Part shown: in pieces, positions 44,328-53,219 of the stretch
Numbering within the stretch: position 1 is the stretch's first letter
Layout: every line of letters starts with the position of its first letter
NCBI GenBank assembly: GCA_963698005.1
Contig: OY969113.1
Location: 1,209,669 to 1,273,668 of the forward strand
Length of the DNA: 64,000 nt
Reading direction: 5' to 3'
Source of the DNA: an uncultured Acidobacteriota bacterium
GTDB lineage: Bacteria > Acidobacteriota > Terriglobia > Acidiferrales > UBA7541
The notes under the pieces: generated by a model
What the model was told of the DNA's origin: nothing
The model's database searches: none
The model's input: only the letters and a program-made list of their open reading frames with translations
Made by a program: the position numbers and the translations under genes

Positions 44328-45680
44328 CTAGAAGAAGTGGTGATGGAACAAAGCGCTGGACACCCCGGTAGGCGCCGGCTCGAAGATAGAGGTGTAGATC
44401 AGGACCAGCGTCAGGATGATCATGATGATGCTGGCGGTCCAGGCGACCACGTTGAAGCCCCACGAGTTCGTATGCTCACCCATTAAATCGCGGCGATTGA
44501 TCAGTATCAAAATAAAAATCAAGACAATGGGCAGCCAGATGCCGTTCCCCACTTGCGAATAAATCAGGATTTTCCACAGCGGCGCCTTGGGAATCAGAAC
44601 AATACCCGCCCCAACGACAATCAGCGCGGTGTACAACGAATAAAATGCCGGGGCTTCTTTGAATTTGCGATCCAGCCCGGCTTCGAAGCCGAGGCCTTCG
44701 CAGATAACGTGAGCCGTCGAAAGCGGAAGAATCGACGCGGCGAATAAGGAAGCGTTCAAAAGTCCGAAGGCGAAAAGTCCGCCCGCCCACTTCCCTGCCA
44801 GCGGAACCAGGGCTTGCGCCGCGTCTTTCGCACTGGAAATGGTGGTGAGCCCATGCACGTTCAGAGTGGCTGCGCAGCAAACGATAATAAAAAAGACGAT
44901 CACCATGCAGGAGATGCTGCCCACCAGAACGTCCATGCGGGCGTGCTTGTACTGTCTGGGGCCGACGCGTTTTTCCACGAAGCCTGCCTGAAGGTAAAAA
45001 AACTGCCAGGGCGCAATGGTCGTCCCCACTAACCCGGTCAGCATCAGGAGGTAAGGAGCATTCATGTGAAGAGAAGGAACGACGAGTTCGTGAGCGGCAT
45101 ATAGCCAATCCGGTTTCGCCAGAAATGCCGACAGCACGTAAGAAAGATAAAAGCCGCAAGCCACGAGAAAGATTTTTTCCACGATGCGATAGCTTCCGTA
45201 AACCACAAGCAACCACACAGCAATAGCCGCCAGCGGAACCGAAACATACCGGCTGACGTGCATCACTTCCGAAGCTTCCGCAACGCCCGAAAATTCCGCA
45301 ACTGTATTGAAGAGGTCCACGAACAGGGCCGCGACCATCACGAAAAACGTGGAGCGAAACCCGAACTCCTCGCGAATCAGGTCGGAGAGGCCTTTGCCGG
45401 TGACTACACCCATGCGCGCGCACATTTCCTCGCTGACGTACAGCGCGATAGTCATCGGAATCAGCGACCAGAGAAGCGTATAGCCGAATTGCGCGCCGGC
45501 TTGTGAGTAGGTGCTGATCCCGCCGGCGTCGTTGTCCACATTCGAAGTAATCAGGCCCGGGCCTACCACCGCTAGAAAAAGGGCCATGCGCTTGCGCCAG
45601 AAGTTCGAGCGGCGATTAAAATCTTTGCCGCGCTTCTTCCACGCTCCCCACACGTTCGTAAAGGTGGCCCCAGCTTTCAT
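44328..45680 (-). CDS. Nramp/SLC11-related transporter with NRMT-type (Mg2+-transporter-like) binding-site substitutions
   Basis: GPGLITSNVDNDAGGISTYSQAGAQFGY aligns with the canonical ..DPGN.. TM1 motif as DAGG (Asn to Gly). GTTIAPWQFFYLQ aligns with the canonical A..MPH TM6 motif as T..APW (Ala to Thr, Met to Ala). Confidence 0.7.
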   Translation of the reverse strand: MKAGATFTNVWGAWKKRGKDFNRRSNFWRKRMALFLAVVGPGLITSNVDNDAGGISTYSQAGAQFGYTLLWSLIPMTIALYVSEEMCARMGVVTGKGLSDLIREEFGFRSTFFVMVAALFVDLFNTVAEFSGVAEASEVMHVSRYVSVPLAAIAVWLLVVYGSYRIVEKIFLVACGFYLSYVLSAFLAKPDWLYAAHELVVPSLHMNAPYLLMLTGLVGTTIAPWQFFYLQAGFVEKRVGPRQYKHARMDVLVGSISCMVIVFFIIVCCAATLNVHGLTTISSAKDAAQALVPLAGKWAGGLFAFGLLNASLFAASILPLSTAHVICEGLGFEAGLDRKFKEAPAFYSLYTALIVVGAGIVLIPKAPLWKILIYSQVGNGIWLPIVLIFILILINRRDLMGEHTNSWGFNVVAWTASIIMIILTLVLIYTSIFEPAPTGVSSALFHHHFF

Positions 45681-45717
45681 CGCTTCGTCTCTAGCGCTCC
45701 GCTTCGCCGCTATGTCC

Positions 45718-46959
45718 TTAGACCTTCGCCCGCAGCCTGCTCACCACATCGTCCACGGTGATCGCGCCGATGGGATGTCTTAGATCGTTAACCACAGTAA
45801 GACTCCGCAAATTATATTTGTCGAAAAGCTCGAACACTTCCTTGTCCTTGGTGTCCGGGGCGACAGAAAGTAGAGGCTCAAAAATCAGCTCGACCATGCG
45901 CTGTTCGGTTTCAGCCAGGAGTAGCCTGCCGATTGGAACCGTGCCGGCAAGCGCGGAATCGCGATTAATCAGCACCACATTGTCCACCTGATCGATGCCG
46001 ATTTCGTGGAAGCGAATATAATCCACCACCTCGCCACGAGTGGCATCTTCGCCCACTACGATCATTTCCGTCGTCATCATTCCGCCCGCCGAATCTTCGC
46101 CGAACTTCATCAATTGTTCGACTGCGCTCGCTTCGCGATCTTCCATTTCGTGCAAGAGCTCTTTCGATTTGTCCGGCTCAAGGCTTGCAATCAGGTCGGC
46201 GGCCGCGTCCGGATTCATTTCCTCCATGATGTCCGCGGCGCGCTCCGGATCGAGTTTCTCCACCACTTGCGTTTGCAGCCGCTTGTCGAGCTCGGCGATG
46301 GTTTCGGCCGCGCTTTCTTCATCCAGAGAAGCGATAATCGTCTGCCGCTCGTCGGGAGACAACTGCTCCATGATGTCCGCCAGGTCCGCCGGATGCAGCG
46401 CGGCCAGCTTTTCGCTCGAAAGGCGCAACTTCACCCGGCGCAACGGGTCCGGCTCAACAATGTTGACGAACTCCCACTGTATTTTTCGCGGCGGCAGTTT
46501 GGCCTGGATCCTTCGAATCGCCATCGGCGGAACAATTCCCTGCAACAGCCGGCGCACGGCGCCAGCTAGCCCCACATCAACCTGCGTGATCCGCAGCTCG
46601 GTGTTTCCATTGGTTTGGCTATCGGCTAGATCGATGTCATTCACCCGAACCACTTTGCGGCCGTTCGTATCGATGATTTGTTGGTCCAGCAAATCTTTTC
46701 CCATAGCCAGATAGCTTTCGTTTGGCTGATACAGGTCAAGATCCGATTCATCGGTAGTAAGCGCGATTCGCCCGGGACTGACTACGCCGATCTGGTCGTA
46801 GCGCGCGATCAGCGGCCGGTATTGTCCGCGGCTAAGAAGAAGCTTAGATACTCGATTGGGCTGATCACTCGGATCGACGAACATTTCCTTGACTCGACCC
46901 ACAAAATTGCCGTGCGAGTCGTAGGCTTCGGCCCCCAGCAGTTCAGTTGCATGAAGCAT
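45718..46959 (-). CDS. soluble PRC-barrel / MgtE-N / CBS-pair protein (MgtE cytosolic sensor module without the membrane domain)
   Basis: ATG 46959 is 5 nt after GAAGGAG. LHPADLADIMEQLSPDERQTIIASLDEESAAETIAELD is an MgtE N-domain. Two CBS motifs follow. The ORF stops before any TM segment. Confidence 0.7.
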   Translation of the reverse strand: MLHATELLGAEAYDSHGNFVGRVKEMFVDPSDQPNRVSKLLLSRGQYRPLIARYDQIGVVSPGRIALTTDESDLDLYQPNESYLAMGKDLLDQQIIDTNGRKVVRVNDIDLADSQTNGNTELRITQVDVGLAGAVRRLLQGIVPPMAIRRIQAKLPPRKIQWEFVNIVEPDPLRRVKLRLSSEKLAALHPADLADIMEQLSPDERQTIIASLDEESAAETIAELDKRLQTQVVEKLDPERAADIMEEMNPDAAADLIASLEPDKSKELLHEMEDREASAVEQLMKFGEDSAGGMMTTEMIVVGEDATRGEVVDYIRFHEIGIDQVDNVVLINRDSALAGTVPIGRLLLAETEQRMVELIFEPLLSVAPDTKDKEVFELFDKYNLRSLTVVNDLRHPIGAITVDDVVSRLRAKV

Positions 46960-47023
46960 AATCGCTCCTTCAGCGGCTTCCATCTTCCCTGATTACAAGT
47001 GCAAGACTGCGGCTCAATACCAA

Positions 47024-47064
47024 TAAAAAATGCCCGAAGCCAGCTTTCCAACCGGCTTCGGGCA
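47024..47064 (-). terminator. rho-independent terminator in the leader upstream of the MgtE-N/CBS gene
   Basis: 11-bp perfect stem (tgcccgaagcc / ggcttcgggca) with a 12-nt loop. On the minus strand it is followed by TTTTTTATT. Confidence 0.75.
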
Positions 47065-47295
47065 CAGAGAAAAACCCCTAAGCTAGTTTAGGCCTGGCTT
47101 CGCCTTCCTGTTCGTACGAGCGGCGGATCGCGCAAATAAGTCCGCATGAGAAACGCAGCGGGTCCTGTGCGCGATCAAAAGATGGAGTAACCTGCGACTC
47201 GACCGTTCCCAGTTTGGGACCCCGGCAAGGTCGCTACTCCATAGCTCCGAATTGGACTTCAGCTCTTCCATTTCGATGCGAATGTGCTCGTTTCG
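47065..47295 (-). promoter_or_regulatory. structured 5' leader, candidate riboswitch/attenuator (class not identified)
   Basis: Long hairpin 47184-47240 (GGAGTAGCGAC ... GTCGCaggtTACTCC on the minus strand). Segment 47093-47104 (minus: ggcgaagccagg) can pair over 9 bp with the 3' arm of the terminator, giving an antiterminator alternative. Confidence 0.5.
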
Positions 47296-47325
47296 ACTAG
47301 TAAATGCAGACGATAACTTTGTCAA
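47296..47325 (-). promoter_or_regulatory. possible sigma70-type promoter for the leader
   Basis: Minus strand reads TTGACA, 17 nt, TACTAG. The -35 is perfect and the -10 is weak. Confidence 0.35.
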
Positions 47326-47340
47326 GCGAAGAGTGAAGTT

Positions 47341-47973
47341 TTATCGAGATTTTTGCGAGTTGAATACCATATTCCGAGGAGTGCGCTTCAACTGGCGGCA
47401 ATCGGCGGCATAGAGATCCCAATATGTCGCGCGGATGTGCTGCTTCGGAGCAAACCCGAGCGCTCGGGCGGTTCGTCGAATGGCTGACGGGGCCCCTTCC
47501 AGCTCAAGAAAGACGCCTACCGGCGTCTCGTCTAGGTCCAGGTGGAGAGCGCCAAGCCGAAAGCTGGTGCGGTACTTTTCATACCGAAATCCGGCGCGAA
47601 AACCGAGCGCTCCAAGGACCCGAGTCCACTGCTTTCGAGTTCCGACTGCGAGCTCGCTCTCGAGCCGCTCTTTGTAGGGAATCGTCTTCGGGGAGCTTAA
47701 TCGGCCGCTGAAAGGAGGTGCCTTGGCCGTCAAAATGGTCGTTCGCGGGCCGCCGCGTGAGCCGTTGCCGGGGGCCGGAATCTGTGTACGCAGCCGCAGC
47801 AAACGCCCTTGGCGCCAAAAGCTGGAGTCGCGCGTATCGAACAGCGTGTTCTGTTCGAGGACTCGACCGCGCGGCACCGCGCCAAGCTTGCTTAGCCGAC
47901 CAAGAATTTCGCGAAGGTCCGTAATGCGCAGCTTGATTTCGATCTCGCGCTTGGGATTTATTTTTGCAGCCAC
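47341..47973 (-). CDS. CYTH-domain protein (triphosphate tunnel metalloenzyme / class IV adenylyl cyclase-like)
   Basis: N-terminal EIEIKLRI (ExExK) motif and ~200-aa size. Confidence 0.7.
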   Translation of the reverse strand: MAAKINPKREIEIKLRITDLREILGRLSKLGAVPRGRVLEQNTLFDTRDSSFWRQGRLLRLRTQIPAPGNGSRGGPRTTILTAKAPPFSGRLSSPKTIPYKERLESELAVGTRKQWTRVLGALGFRAGFRYEKYRTSFRLGALHLDLDETPVGVFLELEGAPSAIRRTARALGFAPKQHIRATYWDLYAADCRQLKRTPRNMVFNSQKSR

Positions 47974-47992
47974 ACTTGAGTATAAGCGCCCT

Positions 47993-50140
47993 TTAGTTGT
48001 TTATTCCCATTTGCGTCAGGAAGTATGCGTAATCAAAAGCCGTTTCGTGCAGCCGATCGTAACGCCCCGATGCGCCGCCGTGGCCTGCGGGACTCATATT
48101 CGTTTTTAGAATCAAAGTATTGTGGTCGGTTCGGAGAGCACGCATTTTGGCTACATATTTGGCCGGCTCCCAGTACATCACTTGGCTGTCGTTGAAGGAA
48201 GTCCTCACTAGCATGTCGGGATAGGCCTTTGCCTCGATATTGTCGTACGGCGAATAGGTGAGCATGTAATCGAATGCCGGCTTTTCCTTGGGGTTGCCCC
48301 ACTCCTCGAATTCGCCGACAGTGAGAGGCAGCGATTCATCCAACATGGTATTCATCACGTCCACAAAGGGAACTCCGACCAAAGCCGCGTGGAACAAATC
48401 CGGCCGCATATTCAGCACCGCGCCCATCAACAGGCCACCGGCGCTTCGTCCTTCGATCACCAAACGGTCCTTCGAGCCATATCCCTGAGCCAGAAGGTAT
48501 TCGGCGGAAGCAATGAAATCGGTAAAAGTGTTTTTCTTGTGCATCATGCGGCCGTCGTCGTGCCACGCCTTTCCCATTTCTCCGCCGCCTCGAATATGCG
48601 CCACTGCCACAACCACTCCGCGATCGACCATGCTGAAGATGTTGGAGTTGAATCTGATATCCAATGACACACCGTAAGAACCGTAGCCGTAAAGATAAAT
48701 TGGCCCCTTGCCGTCCATACTGGCGCCTTTCAGATGCACAACCGAAATCGGTATCTTTGCCCCGTCGGATGCCGTCGCGTAAATCTGCTCTACCTGATAT
48801 CGCGTGCGGTCATATCCGCCCGGTACTTCCTGCCGCTTCAGCAAAGTGGAAGTTCCGTCCGACATGTCGTACTCAAAAATCGATTGCGGTGTAATAAACG
48901 ATTGGTAGGTATACCGGAACTCGTTCGTGTCATATTCCATATTGGAGTATGGAGAGCACACATAAGCCGGCTCCGGAAATTCGATGCGCCGCGACTTCCC
49001 GCTTTGAAGATCGGTGACGCGAATCTGCGGCAACCCTTTCTCACGTTCGTAAGAAATGTAGTAGTTTTTGAAGAAGTCCGTATCATCGAGCATCACATCG
49101 GCGCGCTGCGGCACCACTTCCTGCCAATTCTTGCTGGCGGGGTTCGCGACCGGCGCCTTGACCAGGCGAAAATTGCGTCCCGTGTCGTTCACTCGAATAT
49201 AAAAGAAATTGCCATTGTGATCGGGATAGTACTCAACGCCCTGTTTACGAGGTTCCATCAGCTTCCATTCCGCCATGGGCTGGTCGGCAGGAATGTAACG
49301 CGCCTCGCTGGTAGTGTGGCTGGCCGACAACAGAAGTATAAAGGCTTTGCTGCGCGTCTTGCCCGTGTAGATATCAAATCTTTCGTCCTTTTCTTCATAG
49401 ACGAGGGTGTCCGGGCCGCTCGTGCCTACCGTGTGACGAAACATCTGATTGGATCGCTTCGAGACCTCATCCTCAACGGTATAGAAGATGGTCTTGTTGT
49501 CGTTCGCCCAATCGACGGAGTCCACGCGCTCCACATGATCCACCAGCATTTTCCCTGTGCGCAAATCCTTTACAGCTAATGTGTATTGCCTGAACCCGGT
49601 GTTGTCCGTGGTGTAAGCCAGCAGATTTCCGTCGTCGCTGACTTTGAAATCTCCCAGGGACATGAATGCCTGACCCTTGGCGAGTTCGTTCACATCGAGC
49701 AGCACTTCTTCCGGCGCATCAAGACTTCCCTTTTTGCGGCAACGAATCGGGTACTGCTTTCCTGCTTCCGTTCGCGAATAGTAGAAATAATCGCCTTCCT
49801 TATAGGGAACATCCACGTCGGTTTCCTTGATCCGGCTCAACATTTCTCCATACAGCTTCTTCTGCAGCGGTTCGGTCGGCTTCATGACCGCGTCGGTGTA
49901 GGCGTTTTCGGCTTCCAGATACGCCTTCACGTCAGGATTTTTCTTATCACGCAGCCAGTAGTAGTTGTCCACCAGCTTTCGGCCATTGATCTCGGTGATT
50001 TTTGGCTCTTTCTTCGCGACGGGAGGCGGGGGGAGCGGAGAAGAAGTGTCGGCTGCGGGGAGGACCAACACCGAGCTAAGGAGCAAAAAACCGAGGATCA
50101 GGAATGCAGAATAGACATGCCGGAAATGAACTCTTTTCAT
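47993..50140 (-). CDS. S9A family serine peptidase (oligopeptidase B / prolyl oligopeptidase-like), secreted
   Basis: YYWLRD N-terminal motif, beta-propeller region, catalytic GRSAGGLLMG. Start chosen at MKRVHFRH.. (signal peptide), so the gene is divergent from mutS. Confidence 0.85.
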   Translation of the reverse strand: MKRVHFRHVYSAFLILGFLLLSSVLVLPAADTSSPLPPPPVAKKEPKITEINGRKLVDNYYWLRDKKNPDVKAYLEAENAYTDAVMKPTEPLQKKLYGEMLSRIKETDVDVPYKEGDYFYYSRTEAGKQYPIRCRKKGSLDAPEEVLLDVNELAKGQAFMSLGDFKVSDDGNLLAYTTDNTGFRQYTLAVKDLRTGKMLVDHVERVDSVDWANDNKTIFYTVEDEVSKRSNQMFRHTVGTSGPDTLVYEEKDERFDIYTGKTRSKAFILLLSASHTTSEARYIPADQPMAEWKLMEPRKQGVEYYPDHNGNFFYIRVNDTGRNFRLVKAPVANPASKNWQEVVPQRADVMLDDTDFFKNYYISYEREKGLPQIRVTDLQSGKSRRIEFPEPAYVCSPYSNMEYDTNEFRYTYQSFITPQSIFEYDMSDGTSTLLKRQEVPGGYDRTRYQVEQIYATASDGAKIPISVVHLKGASMDGKGPIYLYGYGSYGVSLDIRFNSNIFSMVDRGVVVAVAHIRGGGEMGKAWHDDGRMMHKKNTFTDFIASAEYLLAQGYGSKDRLVIEGRSAGGLLMGAVLNMRPDLFHAALVGVPFVDVMNTMLDESLPLTVGEFEEWGNPKEKPAFDYMLTYSPYDNIEAKAYPDMLVRTSFNDSQVMYWEPAKYVAKMRALRTDHNTLILKTNMSPAGHGGASGRYDRLHETAFDYAYFLTQMGINN

Positions 50141-50348
50141 CGGAATTCCCTTCGTGAGATTTGAACCGGAAATTTCCTTTCCGGGCTTGAAAACGGCAGC
50201 CATTGTACATCCTTTCCCCCGCGCGAGGTCATCGCGTGAAACATTTCCGGTGAATCCAACAGGAACGTGTTGCCAAACACGTGCGTCAGCCAGATAATCG
50301 CTTACCTGCTCGGCCCTGCCACGCCCGTCTGGAGCAGAGCCTGCTTTC

Positions 50349-53219
50349 ATGACCGAACCGACAACTCCATTGATGCGGCAGTACCACGCGCTTAAAAAGC
50401 AGCATCCGGCTGCCCTGCTGCTCTTCCGCCTGGGAGATTTCTACGAACTTTTCTTCGAAGATGCAGTCGTGGCATCGCGCATCCTGCAAATCACTCTCAC
50501 CGCGCGCAACAAAGAAAAGGGTGACGCGATTCCCATGTGCGGCGTGCCTTACCACGCTGCGGACAATTACATCGCGCGTCTAATTCGAGCCGGCCACAAA
50601 GTGGCCATCTGCGAGCAGATGGAACAACCCGGCCCGGGCAAAAACCTTGTGCGCCGCGAAGTTGTGCGCGTGCTGACGCCTGGAACAGCAAGTGGCTCCG
50701 GATTGGTCGAGCCCAAAGAAAACAATTATCTAGCGGCGGTGGCGCGGAACGGATTTGTCGGCGCGGCACATTTGGCGCTGGGAGCTGCGGCTTCGGGCTC
50801 GCCGCAACGCGCTTCACAAAGTAAAGCGGCTGTCGAGCCGTTGATCGGGCTTGCGTACGTCGACCTTTCGACCGGCGAGTTTCGTACCACTGAGTTTTCG
50901 GGCGAGAGAGCGGAAGCACGGTTACGCGATGAACTTGGCATTCTGCGCCCGCGCGAAATTCTCTTGCCACGTCCGGTCAGCCTATTCCCCGCGGCAGTTC
51001 CCATCGAAATGGATGGCCTTGGCGCTGTAGAGACGCGGCTTGATGAATGGATTTTCAAAACTGATTACGCGGAGCGTGTGCTCGAAGAGCATTTTCGCGT
51101 CGTCGCGCTGGAAGGATTTGGTTTGGTGGATCACCCACAAGCCACCGCCGCGGCTGGCGCCATCGTCCACTACTTGAAGGAAACGTCCGCGATCGGTGGG
51201 CGCAAGCCCGAGGACCAGGCGGCGATTCCTTCGCAGCGCCCATCGGGCACCGGGCTTGAGCATCTGGATCGCCTTTCCTATTACGAGCAGCAAGACGCCT
51301 TGATTCTGGATTCGGTTACTGTGCGAAACCTCGAATTGGTCGAGCCGGCTGCTGGTGACGATGCTTCCGCCACGCTCCTCAAAGCCATCGATCAGACCTG
51401 CACCGGGATGGGCGCGCGGCTTCTTCGTAAGTGGATTTTGCGGCCGGAAATTTCGCTTCCCGAGATCAATGATCGCCTCGATGCCGTCGGCGAATTGAAA
51501 TCGCAGACCGTAGTCAGAGAAGAATTGCACAAGGAGCTCGAAGGGATCCTCGACCTCGAACGGCTCACTAGCCGCGTCACGCTTGGTGTCGCGACTCCTC
51601 GCGACTTGCTGGCTCTGCGGCAATCGCTCGATAAACTTCCAGCGCTCCGAGCGCTGCTCGACCTGCCGTATGGGCCGAAAGAGAGCGGCGGGCAACAATC
51701 TGGCATCACCAGCGCCCGCTTGTCCGCGCTTCGCGAGGAATTGGACGAATTGGCCGACGTGCGCGACAAAATCGCGCGAGGCATTGCCGGCGATCCTCCG
51801 GCGATGGCCTCTGATCCCGGCGTCATTCGTCGAGGATTCAACTCCGAACTTGACGAATTGCGCGAAATCACTACGCGAGGCCGCCAAATCATCGCGTCCA
51901 TGGAAGAGCGCGAGCGCAAACGCACAGGGATCGCTTCGCTGAAGATTCGCTATAACCAGGTTTTCGGCTTCTACATCGAAATCTCGAAGGCGAATTTGCA
52001 TTTGGCACCCGCGGACTATGATAGGAAGCAAACGCTCGTGAACGCCGAACGCTTCACGTCAACAGAATTGAAGGAACATGAGCAAAAGGTGCTTTCGGCG
52101 GAAGAACGTATTCAGGAAATCGAGCGGCGGCTTTATAGCGAGATTCTGGAAGCGATTGCGCGAGAAGCGGCGCGTCTTCGCGGTACTGCCGCGGCCATCG
52201 CACAGCTTGACGTGCTCGTAGACTTCTCACGCATCGCCGCCATGCGAAATTACACCCGCCCCGGATTCACGGAAACCATCGTGCCGCGAAACACCGCGCG
52301 CAAAAGCGCCGCCGCAGCAGAGAAAACCGGGAAGGAAACTCCGCGCGGAATTCTGATGATCGCCGGCGGCCGCCATCCCGTGATCGAGAATCTACTCCAA
52401 GAGCGTGGCGAGCGTTTTGTACCGAACGATTTATATTTGGACGATCAAACCCAATTTCTCCTGGTGATTACCGGCCCCAATATGGGCGGCAAGTCCACCT
52501 ATCTTCGTCAAGCTGCGCTAATTTCAATTCTTGCGCAGATGGGATCGTTCGTTCCTGCCGCGCAGGCCAAACTGCCGCTTCTTGATCGCATTTTTACGCG
52601 TATCGGAGCTTCCGACAACTTGGCGCGCGGCCGTTCGACTTTCCTCGTCGAAATGAGCGAAGTGGCTGCGATCCTTAACACCGCGACATCGGCCAGCCTC
52701 GTCCTTCTCGACGAAGTTGGTCGTGGCACCTCGACCTTCGACGGCCTCTCGATCGCCTGGGCCGTGGTTGAAGCGCTCCACTCCGGCGCGCGCCCTCGCA
52801 CTCTTTTCGCCACGCACTATCACGAATTGACGGAACTCGAACAGCTGCTGGGCGGCGTGCAGAATGTTCACGTCTCCGTACAGGAAGCCGGAAGCGAAAT
52901 TGTTTTTCTAAGGCGCGTCGAACCTGGCAGCGCGAATAAAAGCTACGGAATCGAAGTGGCTCGCCTGGCCGGATTGCCGGCCGACGTGATCTCTCGTGCG
53001 CGGGAGATTCTTCGCCGCCATGAACAAAAAGAAGACAAGTTGACGGAAGAGCTTTCGCCGGGCGCAGCCGGTGATAAAGCGGCTTCGATGGCGCAACAGA
53101 TTAGTTTTACTGCCATCGACGAATCCGTACTCGAATCTCTGCGCGGTGCCGATTTGAACAAGCTTACGCCGCTGGAAGCGATGATCTTGCTTGCCGCGCT
53201 GCAAAAACAGCTTTTATGA
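50349..53219 (+). CDS. mutS: DNA mismatch repair protein MutS
   Basis: TPLMRQYHALKKQHP..LLFRLGDFYELFFEDA mismatch-binding motif. GPNMGGKST Walker A. TFLVEMSE and DEVGRGTSTFDG. Confidence 0.95.
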   Translation: MTEPTTPLMRQYHALKKQHPAALLLFRLGDFYELFFEDAVVASRILQITLTARNKEKGDAIPMCGVPYHAADNYIARLIRAGHKVAICEQMEQPGPGKNLVRREVVRVLTPGTASGSGLVEPKENNYLAAVARNGFVGAAHLALGAAASGSPQRASQSKAAVEPLIGLAYVDLSTGEFRTTEFSGERAEARLRDELGILRPREILLPRPVSLFPAAVPIEMDGLGAVETRLDEWIFKTDYAERVLEEHFRVVALEGFGLVDHPQATAAAGAIVHYLKETSAIGGRKPEDQAAIPSQRPSGTGLEHLDRLSYYEQQDALILDSVTVRNLELVEPAAGDDASATLLKAIDQTCTGMGARLLRKWILRPEISLPEINDRLDAVGELKSQTVVREELHKELEGILDLERLTSRVTLGVATPRDLLALRQSLDKLPALRALLDLPYGPKESGGQQSGITSARLSALREELDELADVRDKIARGIAGDPPAMASDPGVIRRGFNSELDELREITTRGRQIIASMEERERKRTGIASLKIRYNQVFGFYIEISKANLHLAPADYDRKQTLVNAERFTSTELKEHEQKVLSAEERIQEIERRLYSEILEAIAREAARLRGTAAAIAQLDVLVDFSRIAAMRNYTRPGFTETIVPRNTARKSAAAAEKTGKETPRGILMIAGGRHPVIENLLQERGERFVPNDLYLDDQTQFLLVITGPNMGGKSTYLRQAALISILAQMGSFVPAAQAKLPLLDRIFTRIGASDNLARGRSTFLVEMSEVAAILNTATSASLVLLDEVGRGTSTFDGLSIAWAVVEALHSGARPRTLFATHYHELTELEQLLGGVQNVHVSVQEAGSEIVFLRRVEPGSANKSYGIEVARLAGLPADVISRAREILRRHEQKEDKLTEELSPGAAGDKAASMAQQISFTAIDESVLESLRGADLNKLTPLEAMILLAALQKQLL

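Noticed and set aside
47065-47295. M-box (ykoK) Mg2+ riboswitch, expected from the gene context
   Set aside because: I could not find the conserved M-box core sequences on either strand by eye. I therefore left it as an unassigned leader rather than calling an M-box. An Infernal scan is needed.
47083-47325. 80-aa minus-strand ORF in the leader upstream of the MgtE-N/CBS gene
   Set aside because: Its TTG start is the -35 hexamer of the candidate promoter. It has no RBS, and the region folds into hairpins ending in an intrinsic terminator. It is better explained as a regulatory RNA.
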